DNA of 64,000 nucleotides, taken from Spizellomyces punctatus DAOM BR117 (lineage: Eukaryota). Of this stretch, positions 55,467 through 64,000 are shown piece after piece. The position numbers and the translations under genes are program-made. A model generated the notes under the pieces. The model was not told the DNA's origin, ran no database searches, and saw only the letters and a program-made list of their open reading frames with translations. Each line of letters starts with the position of its first letter. The first letter of the stretch is position 1. The DNA is taken from the NCBI GenBank assembly GCA_000182565.2, contig KQ257468.1. One strand, 5' to 3'.

Positions 55467-56640
55467 TCATGCATGATTCGAACCACCTTGTCGAAACTCA
55501 AAATTCAATTGTACGACGGTGACCAGAAGGCATGGTCCCAAGTCTGGTGCACGCTCGCGGTAAGACAAGCATAGCTCCGCTCGAACAAGAGCTGTCACAC
55601 CCCAGAATCCGGAATGAATATACCTCCGACGAGATACTTTGGGATATTCCTCCAATGCCTTCACTTGATTCGTCGCCAATTCCCAGACTTCCGCATCCAG
55701 CGAGAACTCGTCGACGGTCCACTACTTCCGAAGGGAGACATACGGAGAGCCCGCAATGCTATTCGCATGCCGATGAAAGAGAGGCTCCATCAGACATGGT
55801 TCTTCTTCCCAATGAACGTCCTCATAAAGGTCGAATACTACGAACCATTGACGCGGGTTAGAGGCTGAAGCGGTGAGAGATTCAAGAGTTTCCTCATATT
55901 GCTCTTACCAGATGTCGCACTTTGGGTATCCTATTAGAAATCATACCGCCACCGACACAGATTATATGTCGTGGTCGACATGCCCTCCGAATATCGATGT
56001 GGTGTGTCCATGACGTGCGTCCGAGAGGTTGATCAAGGGGCAAATCTTGCGTCCACGGTCACATGCAACCTGTTGAGTAGCCTCATCTCGATAATGGGCG
56101 ATGCATGGCGGTGGATTAGAGTAACTCTAGCGAACGAGAGTCGCGGGATACGAAATAAGCGGACAATCTGCTTATGAAACCTTGACATATACACGAGAGG
56201 GAGAGGCCCAGCGTCGTCCGGGGACGGAGTCATAGTACGGATCAAGGAACACCTCAAGATGGATGGGTGTACGAGTGGCCGCCGACAGAAGGACGTCAGG
56301 TGAAGTGGGGAGGGCCTTCCTTCCGAATCAGTTAATGTTACCCGCCGACGTTCAAAGAGCGGACCAGTTAAATGCGGGTGAATATTCTGGCCCGATCGGT
56401 ACATTTGTTCGCGATTGTCCGCTGCGCAAGTGACAAATATGACTAGCCGAGGTTCAATGGGCGGTCAATGAATGCCGGTTGCTGCTTGCTCGTTTCAACG
56501 ACTGCTGGTCGGGCGTCTATTGAAGTGATGGATTGAGACGCTGACATGCCACGTTCGACAGAGTAGTGTGTCGAAAACTGCTTGGTATGCTCATGGAGTA
56601 CGGCAACAAGAGCTGCCACGGTTACGAAGGATGGCATTCC
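55467..56640 (-). pseudogene. Decayed ORF of unknown family
   Basis: Long protein-like frame (EQYEETLESL...QWFVVFDLYEDVHWEEEP...RK*WTVDEFSLDAEVWELATNQV...) interrupted by stops; lies downstream of a CCAAT+TATA promoter. Confidence 0.4.
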
Positions 56641-56796
56641 CAGCACGGAGGGCAAGCTCAACGAAGGGAATCGTTTCTTGACGATTAGAATTTGTAGGGA
56701 ATATTTGTTGATAGAATAACTGTGTTGGAGTGGGTTGTGAGGTTGGAGAGCGCCAGTAAGTGAAGAGGAATGGAGGGGGAACGTCAAGATGGGGCC

Positions 56797-56883
56797 TTTT
56801 TATAACCCTGAGCTGCTGCGCAATCTCGCGTTCTGCTGCGCGCGCGCCTATGAGCACGTAATAACGAGAGACGCGCTGATTGG
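56797..56883 (-). promoter_or_regulatory. Candidate Pol II promoter: CCAAT box, CG-rich spacer, TATAAAAA
   Basis: Minus strand reads CAGCCAATCAG (ATTGG at 56879-56883) ... GGGTTATAAAAAGGCCCC (56797-56804), ~75 bp apart. Confidence 0.45.
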
Positions 56884-58229
56884 CTGCAGAAGGATTGATT
56901 ACGGAATTCGCCGCACAAATTGGGACCTCCTTTCGCCCTTATGACAGGCTGCTTCTTTTTTTTTATTGATGCATTTGACCATGGGGGACGAATCGATGTA
57001 TTTCATAGTGTAGAGGTGACAGAAACTGGCACTAGCTACTACATCAGGGAATAAACCAGCGATAACTGGTTCGGAAAAGCCAATTCCCTCCTTACAACCA
57101 ACCAACTACCACTAGGCCCAATTACACATACAATACATAATGGTTGTTCTAACCGGGTAACTAAGCCCACCACACGAGAGAAATCCTACTAAGCCCTTTG
57201 ATTCCGAAATTCTTAGTCAGAGGATGTTCAGATACTAAGGTAAACCAGAATATTTAGACTGGATAATCCGGGTGGGAAAATACAAAGATAATGCATCCCT
57301 GCGATCATAGCAATATAGTAGTAGCAAGGGGTTATGTTGTTTTTGTCGGGAGGGCGAGGTCCTCGGCACCACCACATCTGCATCCTCCACACTATGATAT
57401 CGCATTGGAACTGGCTAATGGGGGGGGGGGGGGGGGATATCGCTAACACTTTCACTATCTCACACACAGCACACACAAACATACACTACACACACGTAAA
57501 AGGTAGTAGACTCGATCGGGCAAGAATTGAATCCTAATCTGTGCCCACTAGTCCATGTTGCTTTGCCAACACTTGTTTACTGTACGATACGTAATGGATG
57601 TACTTGTACCAGTTACATGGAAGAACAGTGACAAGGCCTATTCATTTTCAATTGACCGCTTGTGGCTGCTCAAATGACCACGACGACTTTCAGTTATACT
57701 TTGTTGTAAGAATTGGCCATGGTTATGCTCTTGGTCGTCATCAATTTCTCCCGTGGGCCTTTTTCCTTTGTCTTTTGCTGTCTGTTTCCATTCTCATTGT
57801 TTGTTCATGGGACAGCATGGAGTTGCACTGCCAGCACACAAATGAGTTTGTCCAAATCACAACAAGCCGTCTGCGCACGCTTTCAACGCTTCATACTGAA
57901 CAACACGTGCGACCATGTCGAGTCGCGCACGTTCAAGAAGGACTTTCAAAATTTATTTTTTAGTGATAGCAAATTGTGGTATAATTTCGCTAGGAAGGAA
58001 ATCTGTCAGCTTTTTGATCTGCAGGAAATGCGTGTGTCGCTTTGATCTCGTTTACCGTAATACTTGTGCAAGATGTAGAGCACGTTTTGTTCGTTGAAAA
58101 ATCTGGTCAGGATGGGGGGGTTTATAAATTCAGCCATTCTTCATCACGCTCCCCCCCGTCTGGGGCTTGCAGAAAAGACATTACACCTCATATATCACAC
58201 ACCGGGCATCACAGCAATTCTCATTCAAT

Positions 58230-59326
58230 ATGAAGTTGTCAAGCATCTTTGTGGCAGCTGCCTGCTTCCTTGCTTCTGCCTCTGCGGTTCCCATTCAAAG
58301 TAGAGGACAGGGTACCAGAGCTGGAAAATGGTTCGACAGAGTCATCACCATTGTAAGTTGGATCTGATGCTGTCAGAGACGTGGCATGGAACCCGGCACT
58401 CACCAAATGAAAACCCAGGTCATGGAAAACAAAAACTACAAGGATGTCATTGCCGATCCCTTCTTCTCCACCATCACATCCAAATACAATGCCCGCCTCC
58501 TGACCAACTACAATGCCCCATTCCACCCTTCCCAGCCCAACTACTTGGGCATGATCACTGGTGGACGTGACGCATGGACCGACCTCAATGTCGACGTCAA
58601 CCGTAAAAACTTGGTTGACCTGTTGGAGGCTGGCGGCGTTTCGTGGAAGACGTACCAGGAGAACTACCCTGGCAACTGTTTTGCTGGTGATTCCCAGGAT
58701 AAGCTTTACAGAGTGAGTAGAATGCACGATTTATGTGAGTCCAAGGAGATTGTATCTTGGAATCTAATCCATCTTCCAATTCGACAGAGGAAGCACAATC
58801 CATTCATCTCAATGAATAATATCCGCAACGACCCCAGCCGTTGTGCCAATATCGTCGACAGCTCCCAGCTTGAGGTGGACATAGCAGCGGGTACTGCTCC
58901 TCAATATATTTTCTACACTCCCAACATGGACAACGACGGTCACGACACACCTCTAAGCTTCTCATCCGACTGGGCCAAAGGTTTCTTCCAAAAGCTCTTC
59001 CAGAACACCAGCTTCTTGAGGAACACCTTGATTGTCTTCACATGGGATGAACAAGAGAGCTACCTTTCTCTGCAGAACAAGGTTGCTACCTACCTGATCG
59101 GTGATGTGGTCAACACTGCCAGTGCCGGAAAGACAGATGAAACCAACTATTCCCATTACTCGCTACTGAGAACTGTAAGCATGTTTTGTCGCCAAGCACT
59201 ATCTGACATGCTGGATATTAACGCCTCACCCTCTTACAGATCGAAGACAACTGGAACCTTGGTAACCTTGGCCGTGAGGACACCAAGGCTGTAGTGTTCA
59301 AGGGGCTCAACAAACCCCAGATTTGA
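58230..59326 (+). CDS. Secreted acid phosphatase, phosphoesterase family, multi-exon
   Basis: Signal peptide, GKWFDRVITI|VMEN, HPSQPNY, RKHNPF, YTPNMDNDGHDT, TWDE, YSHYSLLRT|IEDNWNLGNLGRED. Confidence 0.9.
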
Positions 59327-59695
59327 TTGTAGAGATAGAGAGATAGAATCGAAAAAGTACCGCTTGTGCCATCTATGAAAACCTAGTTCTAATGCTCATT
59401 GTTGAATACATAATGCTATCAGAGTTACTGCAAATGGTTTGCATATTTCTGTATGTTGATATCGACACACTTGGACTCAATGCTCGATAATTGCCTGATC
59501 GTGCAAAGTATGGAGCAACGTTCTTAAACCCCAACTACCCAACATCACACTAGGAAATTTACCCTTCCATTTGTCAATCACGTGGATGAGAAATCTGACT
59601 CCAACCGGCTCTTCCAACCGATTTTTTATTGTTTTTTTGGAATTGGTGCAGAGTTGGATGCCCTCCTCCTTTCATATCTACCGGAGCTGGCTCAA

Positions 59696-61822
59696 ATGGA
59701 CGACTTTTTTCTCGCTGATCCCGATGCCAAACGGCCGTCACAGAACAAGCGCAAACGCGCACCACAAGCCTCCAAAGGTTCCGTTCGACGCTCAAAAAGA
59801 GAAGAGGACGAGGACTCTGAGGATGAGGTTGGAGCAGGAACCATCGACGACATGGATTTGGAGGGCGACCGGGGAACTGAGGAGGAGGATTCTGGTGAAG
59901 AAGACAGACGTGAGACGGCTGCACAGAAAAGGCTACGGCTGGCCAAGCGATATCTCGCAAAAGTGAGAGAAGAGGCCGCTGACGTTGGAGAAGTGGATGC
60001 TGCCCAGTTGGACCGTGACATTATTGCCAATCGACTACGAGATGAAGCACTCGAATCAATCGGGAAGCTTTTTCATGCTATAGCAGACAAGTATGCCAAC
60101 ATCGATCTGGCCGATCCAAGTCGTGTGCGCACTTTCAAATCTGGAAAAAACCACCAACTCTCCATTACCTCAGTTGCCATTGCAATACCCTCCATCCACC
60201 GCCCAAATACACCACACCAATCAGCATCACACCGTAAACCAATATACATCTATTCGGCATCAAAGGACGCATCAATAGTTAAATGGGACTTCTGGACTGG
60301 CAAAAGGCTACATTTCATACCTGGCGGACTCAAGCCAACAAAAAAGCTGATTGCAGCGTACGGTACGAAAATGCCGGCACTACATGTTGGACATAAAGAT
60401 CATATTTTGTCGATAGCCGCCAGTAGCGATGGGCAGTTTCTGGTATGTATGGTTATACACAGCTAGAACAGTCGACGAAGAGTGGAGTGAACGCTCAGTG
60501 TTTTTCTGTGCACGGGCTGTTCCTCCACGCCACTAAACCATTGGTGGACGGAAACCTCTTCAAAAGAGACTCCGCGCTTTGAGTCTGGATGTTCATCTCT
60601 CATTGAACATTCAGAATTGTGCTGCGAAACATGACAGGCGATCTGTCGGATATGGGAAGACTTTTGTCTAACCGAACCCTTTTCAATTTTGATAGGCAAC
60701 TGCTGGACGAGACAAAGCCATTCACATTTGGTCAGTCGGCGAAGATAAGCACCTGGGATCATTTACACAACACCGTGATGCTGTATCAAGCGTCACGTTC
60801 AGGAAAGGTCATAATCAGCTGTACTCTGCGTCCTTCGATCGGACGATCAAGCTCTGGAACGTGGACGAAATGGCATACGTCGAAACGCTGTACGGTCACC
60901 AGGACCAAATCACATGTATAGACACACTTGCAAGAGAGCGATGTATAACATGCGGAGCGCGAGACCGGACAGTGCGGTTATGGAAGATTATTGAAGAATC
61001 TCAATTGATATTCCGAGGAGGTGGCAGCGGCACGGTACATGCAGCGGGGGAGGACTTGGTTGTAATGGATGGGGTTCGCAAAGTGCCCAAAGTAGAGAAA
61101 CAAGCCAATGCGGCTGGCGGATCGCTCGATGCGGTCGCTCTGATAGATGAAGAGCTTTTCATTAGTGGAAGCGATACAGGCGCAATCTCACTTTGGACCC
61201 TTAATCGAAAAAAGCCACTCTTCACCAAGCTGCGCGCACATGGCCCCGGTAGCAGAGTGAAAAGCGCAAATCCCGAAGGCGACAATGGCGAGGAAGATAA
61301 AGTGGAAGATGTGGACAGCTCCGATGGAAAATGTTGGATTACTGCTTTGGCTACGGTGCGCTATTCAGATCTTTTCGCTTCGGGTGCAGGTGATGGATAT
61401 ATTCGGTTATGGAAGCTGTCAAAGGACAAGCGGCGTTTTGCGCTTTTAGGAAGCATACCAATGGTGAGTCCCATACTTTTAAGCCAAACATGAACGTGTT
61501 CAGTTTTGCCAATATCTTTCTCTACCAGCCCGGATTTGTAAACTCGCTAGTCTTTTTTGAAGCGCCGCCAATGCCTACATCACTGGACAAGGACGCTGAC
61601 ACAATTGCCACAACAAACTCGAATCCATCGACTGCTGCATCCCGGCTTGCAAGGGCTCGCGCGGCAATAGCCAAGGGCGAACTTACAAACAAGCCATTGC
61701 AGAAAGACGTACTATATCTGGCTGTGGGACTGGGCCAAGAACATCGGCTGGGCCGTTGGTGGCGGGATAAACGGGCAAAAAACTCTGTAAAGATCATATC
61801 ACTTGCACCAGAACATAATTAA
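59696..61822 (+). CDS. RRP9: U3 snoRNP WD40 protein RRP9 (U3-55K)
   Basis: ETAAQKRLRLAKRYL, WD40 repeats, AYVETLYGHQD, LWKIIEESQLIFRG, GQEHRLGRWW. Introns 60443-60695 and ~61464-61528. Confidence 0.93.
60475..60634 (+). ncRNA. Candidate intronic box H/ACA snoRNA
   Basis: 5' structured domain closed by GAAGAG/CTCTTC, H box AAAAGA (60562-60567), 3' hairpin with pocket and a 12-bp upper stem, ACA at 60629-60631. Confidence 0.6.
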
Positions 61823-61982
61823 AGGTCTCAATCTAACGGTATATAAACCTGGGAATACGTTCTATGTACATTCTTTGATAAAGAGCGTAGGGCTCATCTT
61901 TCATTGGCCATTGTTGCCATGTAATTACAGCCCTTGTAACTACATCCGTGTTACTCTAGACTAGTCGCAATCCGCGGTTTGT

Positions 61983-63791
61983 CTAAACGCTCTGCAAGAG
62001 CGTATTGATAGCATCCACCCAACGCTGAGCATCACCTTTCAAAGCCTGCATTACCATGAAAGCGTTGAGTAAATGCACCTGTTGTATAGTCTACGCTTAA
62101 GCTTACCTCCAGGTAGTACGTTCGTTTCGGTGTATGGACGAAGAAATGTCGCGTCCCTTTCAGCTCCACTTTGAGCTTCTCTGACCATGGAATCTCACTC
62201 TTTGCAATGAGCTTGCCTTCATCAAAAAATTGAAGTCGCGGTAAGTCTGTCAACACCAAGCCGCGCTTTTTGGAGAACAATCCTTTTCTCTATTTTTCCA
62301 AAAAATGACTCTAGTGTTAACGGCAAAGTTGTGTCGCAGCGACAGATACTAGTATAACTTTACCTTGTAAACGGTACCATTCATAATGATGAGTTCGGTG
62401 TGGGATATTATCCGTCTGATGGGCGACGAAGCTTGCTCCTCTAGTTTCTTTGACCGGTCCGGATTACCGGCAATCTCTGCTTCGGGAACAACCGGCATTT
62501 CTTCGAATGGGTCTCGAATTGCAGCGTCAATATCTCCATGGAACTGCCCTGTTCCAGTTGCCAGCCCCTCCATATCGCTTGTTAAATCCTCCATATTGTG
62601 ATGGGATGTAGCTGGTAAGAACGGTCTGAGATTTGGGGCGGGTTTTTCGTGAAGATTCTCCCAGTCAAAGCCATCGAAAAATGGATGCTTTTGGATCTCC
62701 TCCAATGTCGGTCGTTTACATGGATCGAGAACAAGGATCCGACTGACCAGATCCCGTGCAGAATCTGGAAACCCGTCAGGAAAGGAGTACTCGAGCTTTA
62801 TTATCTTTTGGAATGTCTGATACTCGTTGGCTCCTTTGAATGGTGGTTTCCCGGCCAAGAGGTGGTATAAAATGCATCCTATCGCCCATATGTCAGAGGC
62901 CTTGGAAGCGGCGCGGTCATTCAGTAGCTCTGGAGAACAGTACTCTGCCGTCCCCACGAAAGAGTTTCGGGCAGAGGTCTCATCTCGTGCCTGCTCGGCA
63001 TCGTCGGTTTTCGTATCATTCAAGGGCTTCGCGGTCCCAAAATCTGTAATCTACAAGGTTACGATATGAGTCCGAGAGAGTTCATTAGGTCAGAGAAAAT
63101 TGGCTGTAGAAAGTTACCTTGACGTGCATCTTTTCGTCCAGTAATATATTCTTTCAGAAATCATATTAGGTCGATTGCGAGTCCTTGCGAACAGATGATT
63201 CCATACACGACTTACCTCCGGCTTCAAGTCCCGATGAATGACGTCCATGTTGTGCAGATACATTACACCCGTTATGATCTCCGCAATGTAAAACCTTGCC
63301 CCTTCCACCTCAAAAGAGCCCAGTTTTCTTATGTATCCCAGCAGATCGCCATCTTTGGCCAGCTCTAGCACAAAGTAGAGGGAATGCATGTCTTGAAATG
63401 TGTAGAACAGCTTGATAATGAAGGGATGGGACAGGCGGTTGAGAACATCTTTTTCAATGTTGACATACTTCACTTTCTTTTCTTTTATGATATGCCGCTT
63501 ATCCAAGACCTTCACAGCGAATTCGCGGCGGGTACCGCTTTCTTTAGCGTACAGAACGGTGGAATACGATCCTTCTCCTAGCACACGGCCAAAAACAAAG
63601 TCCTCAGGTGTCCGTTTCCTGGCAGGGTTGGATGTTGACCGCGCATGTGGTAGAGGGGAGGAGCTGCCTGCGTTGTCGCGCCTTGATGCAGGGGAACCTT
63701 CATTTCCTGATGTTGAGGAACGGTGGGTAATGTCCGTATCACTTTGACCAAGGTGCAACTGTGGAGCCTCGCGGTCTGAAACAGCTGCCAT
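61983..63791 (-). CDS. PDK1: 3-phosphoinositide-dependent protein kinase 1 (PDK1/Ksg1/Pkh) with C-terminal PH domain
   Basis: DFVFGRVLGEGSYSTV, LDKRHIIKEKKVKYVNIEK, SFVGTAEYCSPELL, NEYQTFQKI. PH domain KGLFSKKRGLVLTD...FFVHTPKRTYYLE. Confidence 0.92.
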
Positions 63792-64000
63792 GCGTCGATC
63801 TCTGAAAATGGAGAAGCTCCAGGTGCAACTATCTGCTAACGCGTTACAGGTCGTGCTTTTGACCATTATACGCGCCCCATTGATGGCAGTGAAATGCAAT
63901 TATACTCGTACGATACTCTTTATACTTGTGCTCATGATACTTTTTGAGAGGTAATTTTCATGCATTATTCAATATGTTTTAGATATCCTGCTGTAATAAA

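Noticed and set aside
53500-57600. Fanzor/TnpB locus or omega-RNA ghost (known from chytrids)
   Set aside because: No RuvC/zinc-finger motifs or recognisable omega-RNA scaffold seen.
60517-60542. TGTTCCT...AAACCAT resembling U17/snR30 m1/m2 motifs
   Set aside because: m1 is imperfect, and the motifs are not on opposite sides of the 3' hairpin.

Overview
Gene-dense 64-kb segment of an intron-rich fungal genome, most likely a zoosporic chytrid: it has short GT-AG introns, and PLK4, CFAP300 and an SFI1-like gene imply centrioles and a flagellum. About 21 protein-coding genes can be reconstructed: a large Gtb3/PelF-like GT4 membrane glycosyltransferase (5'-truncated), cytochrome P450, HMT1/ABCB6, a GPI-anchored Cys-rich protein, PAF-acetylhydrolase, TenA, DNA polymerase beta, NC2-alpha, SFI1-like, MCM6, GPAT3/4-type with a DUF1752-like tail, a TPR+pRiA4b-ORF3 protein, a large hypothetical protein, CFAP300, PLK4, Sfk1/Frag1, MFS transporter, acid phosphatase, RRP9 and PDK1. 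There is also an intron-containing tRNA-His and a candidate intronic H/ACA snoRNA. The most unusual signals are: (1) a ~1-kb patchwork at 11.2-12.1 kb of short, mutually homologous, codon-diverged coding fragments joined head-to-head into long imperfect hairpins, possibly a captured-invader small-RNA locus; (2) a sawtooth AC-rich/GT-rich strand skew running through genes; (3) telomere-like and covarying hairpin motifs in two facing introns; (4) a repeat/palindrome-rich relic region at 53.5-57.5 kb. Gene models were read by eye, so internal exon boundaries and some starts are approximate. No database searches were run.
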